Shown here: piece by piece, positions 50,048-62,380 of the stretch
How the letters are laid out: each line of letters starts with the position of its first letter
How positions within the stretch are numbered: position 1 is the first letter of the stretch
Assembly: GCA_951406725.2 (NCBI GenBank)
Contig: OX597816.1
Location: forward strand, 111,848,001 to 111,912,000
DNA from: Octopus vulgaris
Taxonomy: Eukaryota
DNA: 64,000 nt
Direction of reading: 5' to 3'
Translations under genes and position numbers: made by a program
The notes under the pieces: model-generated
What the model was told of the DNA's origin: nothing
Seen by the model: only the letters and a program-made list of their open reading frames with translations
The model's database searches: none

Positions 50048-50286
50048 GAAAAGCTACTTTTACTGTCAAGGGCATATATACCCCATTATTAGACTATTTT
50101 CTTTAGTCATTGCACGGTGATCACTTTTTAGGTTTAAGCTAATAAAATACTATTATTATTATTTGTAGAATTGTAAAAATCGACACTGTTTAACCAAACT
50201 ATTGCAGTGAAACTACATGAAAGTTTGTTTACAAAAGCAACTACAAACTAATTATAGTTCTTAAATCTGACAGAAACAAACAGTTT

Positions 50287-50359
50287 GGTGTGTTGGTGCA
50301 ATGGTAGCACACTTGGTTGTATAAACAAAGAGGTGTGGGTTTGAGTCCCATGCATATGG
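50287..50359 (+). tRNA. tRNA-like pseudogene, copy 2
   Basis: Same layout as copy 1 with T-loop TTTGAGT and loop TGTATAA; downstream TTTT. Confidence 0.5.
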
Positions 50360-50547
50360 CAAAACTTACATTTTCTGTCAAGGGCTTACATGCCCCCTTC
50401 TTGGACTATTTTCTTTTGTCCTTGCACAGTGATTGCTCATAAGCTTTAAGCTTATAAAATACTATTATTTTTATTTACAGAATTGTAAAAATTGATGCAG
50501 CTTAACAAAACCATCACAGTGCAAGCACACACATATATATATATATA

Positions 50548-50800
50548 TCATCATCATCATCGTTTAACGTCCGTTTTCCATGCTAGCATGGGTTGGACCA
50601 TTCGACCAGGTCTGGGAAGCCAGGAGGTTGCACCAAGCTCCAGTCTGATCTGACAGTGTTTTTATAGCTGGATGCCCTTCCTAACGCCAACCACTCCATG
50701 AGTGTAGTGGGTGCTTTTTACATGCCACCGGCACAGGTGCCAGGGGAGGCTGGCAATGGCTATGATCGGTTGGTGCTTTTTATGTGCCACCGGCATGGAA
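50548..50800 (-). mobile_element. RTE 3'-UTR-derived short repeat
   Basis: Very similar to 12553-12735. Confidence 0.85.
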
Positions 50801-50804
50801 GATA

Positions 50805-51186
50805 TATATATAAGAGCAAAACGCCCCCTGTCCAATGAACAGTGCTGAGTTGTCAAACATTTAAACCAAATTTTCTCAAAACAACTTGTCTGACCGTCCC
50901 ATATGTCTCCCCTTTGAGAAACACTGATTTAACCTAAATTTGAGACACCAGCAAAAGAAGAAATAAAGATAAACTCTTTTCTATTCCAAGAAAAACGATT
51001 TTACAAATGCACGTTCCTACAGCTTTATCGATCGCATTCTCACCTGGAATCGATTTTTGTAATTTTTTTTCCATGACTTATACACGCCCTGATACTGTCA
51101 ATATCTACATATCAAATTTGAGCGCAATCGGATGGAGGATGCCCGAGATCCTAGAAGACACACACACAGACAGACAGAACGGATTT

Positions 51187-51195
<9 letters not shown>
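50805..51195 (-). mobile_element. Helitron-like non-autonomous element
   Basis: Inverted homolog of 54219-54640; subterminal (TCTG)/(TG) microsatellite and CCGATTGC..AAATTTGATATG motif. Confidence 0.55.
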
Positions 51196-51227
<32 letters not shown>

Positions 51228-52089
51228 TGAGGAATATGAAGTTGTGTAATTGCCACTAACCTATTCATATACTCTCTTAAAACATTCAACAATAGAGAGA
51301 CAAAATGCATCACTTTATTCTCAGTCATAATCTTGTAAAACTCATTCATTTCTAAACAATTACACTTCAGTTGATAATGTTGCTTGGCTTTGGGTAATTT
51401 AAGTACAGAACAGTGGATATAAAGTCAAAGTGTTTGTATGCTGACATGTTCCATAGTTCAAAACTTGCTACAGGCCATATTTTGTAACTTGATATATGTA
51501 ACAAGAAGAGGAATAAGCACTTTTGTTTTACTTATTGGATTGTTATATAAATAGATGAATCTCACATTACAATGAATTGGTTAGCAATAAGAATGCTGTC
51601 TAGCATTGAAACCTATCCTCTACAATTGTCGAAAAGTTGATAACAGAAAATTATCGCAAAACCATACTCTAAAAACAAACAAAAAATATTAAATGTATAT
51701 CAGTTAAAATAAAGCACTTTAAAGCTATATCACACACATACAAACACACACACACACACATACATGCATGCATGCAAACATACATAGATACAAGTCGAGT
51801 TGTATGGTTAAGAGGTTTCTTTCTCTGTTATGCAGTTTCAGATTTGGAATGTGTTTCTACTGTCAGAAATCTTGGAAAAGTATCTTCAACGATAATATTT
51901 GAAAAGATATGATTTTAGTGCTGCATACTTCCAATAGATTAAATCCTGGTTAAAATCCGCACTTTCCTTTGTTTTTCGGGTTTTTTTTATGACAATTTGC
52001 AGCTTGGCAAGTGTGTTAGGGAATATTATTCAGTGCTTTGCTTAAGTTTCCACATAGTGTCAATTACATAACATGAACTAACTTAGGTA

Positions 52090-52745
52090 GAGGTATGGCT
52101 GTGTGGTGGGGAGGCACATGGCCTAGTGGTTAGAGCAGCGGACTCGCGGTCAAGGGATCACAGGTTCGAATCTCAGACCAGGTGACATGTGTGTTTATGA
52201 GCAAAACACCTAAGCACAACTTTCTCTCACTCTTTCCTCCTGCATCTTACAGCTCATCTGCAACAAACCAGCGTCCCATCCAGGTGGGGAACCTATACAC
52301 CAAGGAAACCGGAAAACTGGCCCTTATGAGCCAGGCATGGCTCGAGAAGGAACAAACAACATGGCTGTGTGGTAAGAAGCTTGCTCCCAACCACATGGTT
52401 CCAGGTTCAGTCCTACTGCGTGGCAACTTGGGTAAGTGTTTTCCAATATAGCTTCAAGCCAACCAAAGCCAAGTGAGTGGATTTTGTAGACAGAAAATCA
52501 CAAAAGTCCATTGTATATATATATGTATATACCTATGTGTGTGTGTCTTTGTTTGTCCTCACCATCACTGCTTGATAACTTGACAACTGGTGTCAGCGTG
52601 TTTAAGTCACCATAATTTGACAGTTCAGCAAGAGACTTGTAGCTTAAGTACTGGACTTTAAAATATAGTCTTGAGGTCTATTTCTTCAACTAAAACCCCT
52701 CAAGGCGATGCTCCAACATGGAGCACCTATCCAAGTAAAAGAGTA
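52090..52745 (+). mobile_element. SINE family B, split in its A-box by a family D SINE
   Basis: Resumes at 52361 with ATGGCTGTGTGGTAAGAAGCTTGC..GGTTCAGTCC. Confidence 0.8.
52108..52360 (+). mobile_element. tRNA-derived SINE, family D, with TSD
   Basis: A-box TGGCCTAGTGG, B-box GGTTCGAATC, (AAC)n-like tail; 13-bp TSD ATGGCTGTGTGGT at 52095-52107 / 52361-52373. Confidence 0.88.
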
Positions 52746-53689
52746 ACAATTCCTCCCTTGAAGTGTTTGGCTTATTACTCACTTATCTATTACCTCTACA
52801 GTACATTGAAAAAGCGCAAAATGTTCCACAGGATCAGTATGTCACGATTGAAAATATGGTTGAGATTTTCATGCTAATTTTACATTGATAGCTTATTACT
52901 TATAGCCCAGTTTCAATTACTACCATGAATATTTTATCTTATCCTCAAAAGAGCAAAATGCCTTTTGGCAAATTTCCCTTGCCAGCTCGTGAATTCACTA
53001 CTTAAAGAATACTTAGAATATAATTCTACTTATTTAATCCATCATCAACCTTTTTTTTATTGATATAAGTTGATTGGTATAAATTTTAAGCCTCTCCCAC
53101 TTTTAACTGGCGTCTATTCAAGATGCTTCCATATATTCTGCTTATGATTGATTTTTCAAAGATATCTGCCAACATCAAAAGAATTTATAAGGAGTGTCAT
53201 TGATTAGTTTCCAATGGTTCCTTTCTTATTGAGATATTATGCCAGCATAGGCTCATCATGTGGTTAAGAACTTCACTTAATAATCAGCTTGTTCTAGGTT
53301 TAGTCAAACTTTCTACTACCATAGCTATGACCCATGCCAAGCCTTGTAAGTGAAACTGAATAGATAGAAACTTTGTGTAAGCCCTTCAGATAGACAGTGT
53401 TGTATAATGAAAATAACAGGTAGAAATGTAGACAATGAGAAATTACTTTAAAATAAGGAAAAAATTTGGCTTTGACAATCAAATAACACTGTATTCAAAG
53501 CTTTTGATTTTGCCCTTGATATTAAATCTATGGATAGAAAACTGACAGAGGTAATTTTTTAAAACAGAAAGTAAAAAAAAAAAGATTATGATAAAAGATT
53601 ATAAAATAAGGACAAAATCAGCTTCAACTAATATGTGGCCATAGATTTCCATTGGTTATCAATAAAACGGGTTGCCCATACAAACTAAC

Positions 53690-54215
53690 ATATTAGACTC
53701 ATTCCTCTCTAGTTTTTACATGTTCCCTGCACTCAGTGCCCATGTTTCACTACCATGTAACATTGCTGTTCATACATAAGCATTATACAATCTGCTTTTC
53801 TCTTGGGGAGAGAGAGAAACTTTTGTTGCCATCAAAGATAATAGCTCTCAGTACTTCTTCCATTTTATTCTTACTCTAGCAAGTATATTTTCGGAACATC
53901 CTTCTCCACTGCCAATCAGATCATCTTGGTAATAGAACCTATCTACTACCTCCAGAGAGCCTCCAGATTATTCAAGAAAAATCTATTTTCCTTGTGGCTT
54001 TAGTGTTTATTGACCCTGCACATCTTCCACATATAGTACTATTTTCTTCATTAAACTTCCTGTGATTCCATTGTACCTTTTGTGTGTCCATAACTTATTC
54101 TGGATACACCATATGGAATTCCAGCCTATACTTCCCTACATATCAAGCTCAGTCATTCACCTGAAGAGGGTAGAATCCTGTATGCTTTACTGCTTACCGG
54201 AACTTTGGTCTTTGA
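53690..54215 (-). mobile_element. Decayed RTE LINE RT fragment, related to 4552-5097
   Basis: SLEVVDRFYYQDDLI, KSRLYNAYV*TAMLHGSETWA. Confidence 0.75.
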
Positions 54216-54218
54216 ATA

Positions 54219-54640
54219 TCTATTATATAAAATCCCTTCTATCTGTCTGTGTGTGTGTCTTCTAGGATCTCGGTAGCTGTGTAAATAGCTCACCATCCGA
54301 TTGCATTCAAATTTGATATGTGGATATTGACGGTATCAGGGCAGTTTGCACATGCAGTTTGTGCAAAAAAAGCCAGCTGGCTTGAAATAATGCCACAAAA
54401 TGCAGTATATAGTCTTTTATCTATGTGTGTGAATAAAATCGTTTTTCTTTGGAATAGAAAAAAGTCTATCTTTATTTCTTCTTTTGCTAGTGTCTCAAAT
54501 TTAGGTTAAATGGGTGTTTCTCAAAGGGGAGGCCTATGAGATGGTCAGACAAGTTGTTTTGAGAAAATTTGGTTTAAATGTTTGACAACTCAGCACCGTC
54601 CATTGGATGGCGGGGCGGGGGGCGTTTTGCTCATATTAAT
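54219..54640 (+). mobile_element. Helitron-like non-autonomous element
   Basis: 5' A/TCTATTATATAAAA followed by TCTGTCTGTGTG microsatellite; no canonical 3' CTAG seen; second copy at 50805-51195. Confidence 0.55.
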
Positions 54641-56052
54641 ATAAAATAAGGATGAAATAAATGAAATAAAGTAAATAAGAACAAAGTAAATGAATAAAAT
54701 GAATGAAATTGAAATAAAGATAGAGAGATAGAAAATCATAACATGAAAAGGTAAATTACTACAAATATATTTTTTCACAGTTTCCTGAAGCAGTGCCTGA
54801 AAAGGTCCAAGAAAGGCAGTGTATAGTTGAAAGATGTTGTAGGTGCAGTTACCTCCCCTGATGGTAGCTGTCTAAATAGCTCATCTCTAGGTGGAGTAGC
54901 ATGTAACTTTGGAATTCTAGGACTTGTCTCTCTCTTTTTCACTGCGGCTCACAGCAAGCAAGACATGACTTCCTCAGCTCTTCATCTCACCTTGGGGAGA
55001 TGCACAACCACGAGACAAGCAACAGCAAGTAGACATTAAGCCACTATGACTTGGATTCCACAGAAGATGAACATGGTCTTCACTTGCAAATATTTTGTAT
55101 AACTTATTCTACTTGTACATATCTGAGACCTCAAGTAAAAGGCATAAAAACTACAACTTGGTTCTGAGATGTTCAATACATGGTGTTCTTTCTTCACAAA
55201 GTGATATCTTCTTTTCCATCTTTCTGAACAGAGCCGTTATTTAGATGGTTCTGCCACGCTAGGCAACAGCACATCTAAAATGCTCTCTTAAGTAATATCA
55301 AACCAGATATACCAGTCACAGTGAAGACAAAGTTAATGCATTACTACAAAGGAATGATGAGCACAATTAGCACATTTAGTTGAGATATTGTAAATGGACA
55401 AAGTCATATCAGTTTATAGCTCTGGTGAAATATGAAGTTTATGTGCTAGTTTGAGACATTATGAAAAAACAAGTGCCATAGTTAAAGGTTTTGTGCAAAG
55501 AAGCAGATATTTACAAAATCTAAGATTGTAAAATAGATGTGGCATTGATGTAGTAGAGCATAAACCTCATTTTAGGTGTTAGTAATTCATAGGCATAGAG
55601 ATGAAAATAAAAGACATAGAGAGATCTGGGAAAAACATAGAAATAAGAGAGTAAGATGCATTACTATGTAATAAGGTAATATTAACTAATTTCCCTAAGA
55701 TAATGTTGGAAAGCTAATTTTAATTCATGCTTACAGTTAATAATTAATCCTTTGCATTTATTGAATAAATTCTCACTATTAGCTTATAAAATTTCCATAG
55801 CTTCATGAAGACATACTCTGCAGGTTCATCTATTGCCTTGATTAGGTTCGTTTCAAATTATAATAGACCAGTTAATAAGAAACCTTACATTCTTGGAATT
55901 TAAGGAAGAAATATATTCTGCTAGTGGTGTCAAACATTTTGATATATCATTAATATAGGAATGCTTATGAACAGAAATTCTCTCCTTGATTAAGTTAATT
56001 GTAGCTCTAATGTAAAAACAAGTTGTATTATTGGTTCTATCTGCACACTCAT

Positions 56053-56370
56053 GAAGGCACATGGCTCAGTGATTAGAGTGTCAGGCTCACAACTGTGAGG
56101 TTGTGTGTTCAATTCCTGGACTGGCCTGTATGATGTGTTCTTCAGCAAGATACTTTATTTCACATTGCTCTAGTTCACTCAGATGTAGAAATGATGCCAA
56201 GCTGTATTGGCCTTTGTCCATCCCTTGGACAACATCGGTAGCATGGAAAGGGAAGACTGGTATATATGGATGACTGCTGATCTTCTACAAACAACCTAGC
56301 ATAGACTTGTGCCTCAGAGGGGAACTTTCTAGGTGCAATCCCACGGCCATTTGGCTACATTCCAGGACAT
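56053..56370 (+). mobile_element. tRNA-derived SINE, family C
   Basis: A-box TGGCTCAGTGA, B-box GTTCAATTCC; 3' segment ACTTGTGCCTCAGAGGGGAACTTTC recurs inverted near 8670 and 8818. Confidence 0.72.
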
Positions 56371-56508
56371 CTAAGGTACAATCTTTCTTAGATCTACAAT
56401 TACAGTTGTTCTCTAAATCAAAAAGCCAATTTAAATTATTGCATACACATACACACATACAAATGATCAGATGGTGCCTGACCACTTCAAAAGATATATA
56501 TAACATAC

Positions 56509-56591
<83 letters not shown>

Positions 56592-56653
56592 GGAGATGTA
56601 TGTATTTATTAATCTATCTATATTTATATCTGTCTATCTCTCCCTCTCTCTGT

Positions 56654-56685
<32 letters not shown>

Positions 56686-57719
56686 CTCTCTCTCTCTAAA
56701 TATATATATATATGCACATACATATGTATGTATGTATGAATTATTCCTTTCTCAAAGCAGTATGTTATGCTCCTCTTTACTTAATGGAGATTAAGTAGCT
56801 AAAGTATTACGCTAGCTGAGAGGATAAGATATTTTACTTTTGTCTAATCAACTATTGATTTATATTCTGTTACTATTGTTACTGGTGTGCAATACTTTGC
56901 TGTTTTCTAAGGCAAAATACCCAGTTTCTTTCTGTGTTTTTTTTTTGTTTCATACTCTAATTTATCGAAAGGGAATTGGAATTACTTGTAGTAGTAGTAG
57001 TAGTAGTATAGGAGGAGGAACTAAAAGTAAAAATATAATAAACAATATGGATGAGGTAAAATAAAGCAAGAAAAAATATGGAACCAATAACAACAAGACA
57101 AAAAAAAATAAAAAGAAAATGGTGAAGATGAACACAAACAAGAACCTGAAGATCATGAAGGAAATCTGGGATAAGAAATTGGGAATTTGAACATTTTAAT
57201 AGATATTCTGTTTAAATCCTTGCATATCAGTAAGTTCTAGGACATTGTTCTTTGTAAACTACTATTAGAAATTATTGTATAAAATGACAATAATCTAATA
57301 GGATATATTTAGACAATTAAATTCTTATATATAACGCGGCTAAGCACGTAGATTTCGGATGCTCACTACACCCACTTTATAGTGATAAATCAATATTTAG
57401 CTACGTCAAGTTTGTACGTAGTAATGGAAACATTTGCACTGGGATTCACAGCTATCATTATTTAGTTGTTATCCATTTGGATTTCCTATTCAAAAGTTCC
57501 TTTAAGTAAGTTAGCTCTTTTAAAGATCGCTGTGATCCATAAGGGCAGTGCTTATCTTTGGATTAAACAGCATTAAGGAAATGGAAGATAATATACTCCA
57601 TGAATGTAGCTCAATATAGCAATGTTATAATATACAGAAAAGAAGGCGGACACATTTGAAGGATTTCTCTTTGTTTTCTTAATAAAGATTTGTTGTGGTA
57701 TGTTGAACTGGAGTTAGCA

Positions 57720-58440
57720 TGTTATCTTCTATTCTTTACTTTGAGCCATACCAGAGCACCATCTTGAAGAATTTTTTAGTCAAATGGGTCTACCCCATTA
57801 CTTATGTTTTGTTAAACCTGGTACTTATCATTCAATCGGTCTTTTTTGCCAACCTGCAAAGTTATGGGAACATAAACACACCAACATTGGTTGTCAAGCG
57901 GTGGTGCAGGACAATCACAGATACACACACATACGAACCAAATCCACTCACAAGGCTTTGGCTAGCTTGAGGTTGTAGTAGAGGACATTCGCCCAAGGTG
58001 ACATGGTGAGGGACTGAACCCAGAACCATGTAGTTAGGAAGCAAGCTTCTTATTTTTTATTTCTTTATTGCCCACAAGGGGCTAAACATAGAGGGGACAA
58101 ACAAGGACAGACAAACAGATTAAGACGATTATATCGACCCCAGTGTGTAACTGGTACTTATTTAATTGACTCCGAAAGGATGAAAGGCAAAGTCGACCTT
58201 GGCGGAATTTGAACTTAGAATGTAAAGACAGACGAAATATCGCTAAGCATTTTGCCTGGTGTGCTAACGTTTCTGCTAGCTCACCGCCTTCTTTCAGTTT
58301 TTGTCTACCAAATCCTCTCACAAGGCTTTGGTTAGCCTGAGGTTGTAGTAGAGAACATTTGCCCAAGATGACATGGTGAGGGACTGAACCGAGAACCATG
58401 TAGTTAGGAAGCAAGCTTCTTACCACACAGTCACATCTGT
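57720..58440 (-). mobile_element. SINE family B with internal duplication around a family A insertion
   Basis: Segment 57937-58052 repeated at 58307-58422. Confidence 0.8.
58052..58288 (-). mobile_element. SINE family A, full length
   Basis: Reverse complement of 2335-2567. Confidence 0.88.
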
Positions 58441-58734
58441 GCCTATACACTTTCTAAAGCAGTTCCTAAAGGGAATTTAAAATAGCTTCCATAAGGGATT
58501 GATAATGTTCATAGACCAACACAGTGGTATAACTTACAGTTACTCATTGATGATGCTTACCAATCAAAAGATAGAAAGGAAGTAGAATATGTAATTCTGA
58601 ATTCTGAAACCACTCAGTTTACTAAGATGATTCTCACTGGTTTTAAGATAGAGATGTGGCTATAGAATATCTTGTTTAGTTTAGTTAATTCTCTTTGTCC
58701 CATAGAGTTTTCTTACAAAAGTTAAAAAGAATTA

Positions 58735-58907
58735 ATGGCATAGCTGTGTGGTAAGAAGCTTGCTTCCCAACCATATAGTTTCAAGTTCAGCTTCACTGCA
58801 TGACACCTTGGACAAGTGTTTTCTATTATTACTTTGGGCCAAACGAAGCCTTATGAGTGGATTTGATAGATGGAAACTAAAAGAAGTCCTCTGTGTGTGT
58901 GTGCGTG

Positions 58908-58956
<49 letters not shown>

Positions 58957-59165
58957 CTTTGTGTTTGTGTTTATCCCCCACCACTGCTTGACAGCTGGTG
59001 TTGATTCCTTTACATCCCAGTAACTTAGCAGTTTGGCAAAAGAGACTAATAGAATAAGTACCAGACTGGAAAAAAAAGGTAACAGGCCCAATTTATTTGA
59101 CTAAAAGTTCTTCAAGGTGGTGCCCCCGCATGGCTGCAGTCTAATGACTGAGATAGATAAAAGAT
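58735..59165 (+). mobile_element. SINE family B, full length
   Basis: GCTGTGTGGTAAGAAGCTTGCTTCCCAACC head, internal (TG)n, 3' GCAGTCTAATGACTGA. Confidence 0.85.
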
Positions 59166-59208
59166 AAATGATAACTCCAGCTACAACAATCTAATATTGC
59201 TTACAAAA

Positions 59209-59434
59209 TAACCACGTTTAGCATTTAAACCAACCATATCCAGCCAAACTATTCCACCGGTTTTATGCTCAAACTAGTCAGATCTGGCCTCTCACACAAA
59301 CCCTACAATAACATTCTGAAAACTAACAGTTATCTCATCAAAATCTCAAAGCTACAAGATAATGCATAATTAATTCAAAACAATGAATAAATAAGCATTA
59401 TATTTAACAGAATAATCTGAATGCTAAAGGGTTA
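59209..59434. mobile_element. P1 MITE
   Basis: TTTAGCATT ... AATGCTAAAGGGTTA; colinear with 38357-38585. Confidence 0.75.
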
Positions 59435-60120
59435 GCCTTTTGGCATTTAAAATATGCTAAAAGCTGCCTAAATTGCTGATATAATCAATCACTAAGTTTT
59501 CTATAGTGGACAGAAAGTGGTATGGTCATAACTGGAAGGTCTCTGTTCATATGTCTGCTGACTAAAGGCTGATCTAAGTAGCTGATTCACTTCTTGAAAT
59601 GGTTACTGTTTACAGTACAGTGCTCACTATTACAAACTACAATGTAGATAAGCACCATCCCTACCAACCAAAATTAAACCCAGTCATTCAAGATGCTAGA
59701 AACAGCAGCCAGATCTCCTACATGTCAATTTATACAGTCCTAAATAATGGACATATTAGACAATATAGTCCTAAATACCTATAAAAATTTTTTAAAAGTA
59801 TTAGATAATTACAGTTAGATGTTTTGAACACATGTCTACCCTATCATAATTGACCTGTGGTTAAACACAAACTAGACATCAAAGACAGTAAATTAATTAC
59901 ATCCTCGACATCATCTTTGTTCTCCTCATTGTTATTGTCGTCATCGTTATCATCAGCAACATTCTCTGTGCTTCATACAACTGCAGCTGAGTCAAACTAA
60001 CATGTTCTCATGTAAATTAATGTTTATCTAATTGGCCTGTAATTTGAACAGACTCCTGTATTACTTGAGAACAGCTGACATCATTTACAACATTAAATAT
60101 ATATATAAATATATATAAAT

Positions 60121-60165
<45 letters not shown>

Positions 60166-61399
60166 AATAAGTGTGTGTGTATGTATACATATATATATGT
60201 GTGTGTATGTGTATATATAAATACACACACATATATATATATGCACATATATGAAGGTATTTATAAACATGCATGAATGTAATTACATATAGCTTCATAT
60301 ATACACTCACACAGACATATATGTGTGTGTGTATGTGTCTGTGTGTCTCTGTGTGTATGTACCTATGCATGTAAATGTGTTTGAGAGGAGTAGAAGTATA
60401 TGTGTGTTTGTATGTGCATGGGCACGCACACACACATACACACATGTATATACATACACATGCTCACACACAGATACATATATATAGAGAGAAAGAGTGA
60501 GTAAGTGGGTGTGAAGAGGTAGGAGAGACACACACAAAACGAGCAAGCTTACGTATTTACCTTTGTCACTTAGTGTGTATATGTATTTATGTATCAATTA
60601 TGTATGATATAGTTCACTAGAGAAAACATGGGTATCTTCATTGTTTGATTTTGTATTTATTCTTCAGACACTGTACATAATATATACAGAGGGTAAAGTA
60701 TGTGTCTTCTTAAGTCCTTATGTAACTGTGTAAAATGTGCGTGAGTTACTGTTTGTGTATTCGTGTACATTAGTGTATGAGTGTATTTCAATATGTGATG
60801 ATGGGTTTTCTAGGTTTAGGAGGCTGTTTGTCATGAAGTGTGCATATACAACTATATGTAAGTATGTATGTACATGCATACTTATGTATATAAGTATGTA
60901 TGCTTTAATGAGCGTGTGTGCGTAAGTATGTATGAAATATATATATATACATATATATATCTATATACATATATACACATCTATATACATATATATATAC
61001 ATATATATATACATATATATATACACACTTATATATATATATATATGTATACACATATATATATATATGTATGTATGTATCTATGTATCTATGTATGTAT
61101 ATGTATGTATGTATATGTGTATATACCCACATGTAAGTGGTAAGTGTTGGAGTGTAAGATAGTGAGGGAATTATATAAATATTACTTCCTTTATTTGAAT
61201 TTCTATGAGTATTCTAATATATAACTACCTAATGGTTTCCTGCTGTACAAATGTGAATTTCAGAATCTGTGATGAAAATTTCCTGTCCATTCCTCTGTTA
61301 GCTTTACAGAGTTGCTCACACTTTTACTTTTTCATGTGTGTACATGTATATATGTGTGTGTGTGTATGTATATATATAAATATATATATATATATATAA

Positions 61400-61830
61400 A
61401 GGAGCAGGCATGGCTGTGTGGTAAGAAGCTGACCAACCACTTGGTCCCGGGTTCAGTCCCACAGTATGGCACCTTAGACAAGTGCCTTCTGCTAAAACCT
61501 TGCGCCAGCCAAAGTCTTTTGAGTGGATTTAGTGGACAAAAACTGAAAGAAGCCCATTGTATGTAAGTATATATATATATACATGTGTGTGTGCATGTGT
61601 ATGTATGTATATTTCTTTGTTTGTTTTGTATTTGTCCCCAACCACCACTTGACAACCGGTGTTGGTGTGTTTATGTCCCTTTAGCTTAGTGGTTTGGCAA
61701 CAGAGACCAACAGAATGAATGCTAGGCTCAAACAAAAAATTCCTGAAGTCGATTTGTTTAACTAAAACCTTTCAAGGCAGTGCCCCAGCATGACCATAGT
61801 CAAGTGACAGAAACAAGTAAAAGAAAAAAG
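61400..61830 (+). mobile_element. SINE family B, full length
   Basis: TGGCTGTGTGG and GGTTCAGTCC boxes, internal microsatellite, tail AAGTAAAAGA. Confidence 0.85.
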
Positions 61831-62180
61831 ATGAAAATATATATATATGACAATATATATATATATAATTTTGTCTGTTTTCAAGAGAAGTTGTTACTAG
61901 TTACTTTTGAAGTCTTCTTTGAATAGCCAGATGTCAGAAAGAAACAATGCAGTTATTAATAAGAAGATTTTAAAATTGATGCATGAAAATTTCACAGCTC
62001 TAGCACCACTCCAGTGAACTTTCCCTCACACACACACACCTACCCTCACATGCACACACATATATACACATACATATATGTATACACACACATACACACA
62101 CACACTCTTATATATGTATTATATATATTAGACAGATAAAGGAAAGAGAAAGAGAGAGATAAACAGACAGACAGACAGAC

Positions 62181-62206
<26 letters not shown>

Positions 62207-62212
<6 letters not shown>

Positions 62213-62380
62213 TTGATGACCTTGTTAGTGATGGTGTCATATAAAAAGCACTGGTTAGATTTGATGACCTTGTTAGTGATGGTGTCATATAAAAAGCACT
62301 GGTGCAGGTGCCACATAAAAGGCACTCAGTGCACTCTGTAAAGTATTTGGCGTTAAGAAGAGTCTCCAGCTGTTTGAAGC
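62207..62380 (+). mobile_element. RTE 3'-UTR-derived fragment with a ~48-bp tandem duplication
   Basis: TAGATTTGATGACCTTGTTAGTGATGGTGTCATATAAAAAGCACTGGT occurs twice, followed by GGTGCCACATAAAAGGCAC..TTGGCGTTAAGAAG. Confidence 0.6.

Larger units (their letters stand above)
49823..50530 (+). repeat. 312-bp tandem repeat (2.3 units), each full unit containing a tRNA-like gene
   Basis: Units start TAAGCT.ATAAAATACT at 49823, 50135 and 50447 (period exactly 312). Confidence 0.92.

Noticed and set aside
52118-52182. Functional tRNA gene
   Set aside because: It is the head of a SINE with body, tail and TSD; the cloverleaf is incomplete
57424-57505. Signal-peptide first exon METFALGFTAIII...
   Set aside because: In-frame TAG after 13 codons, before the donor site
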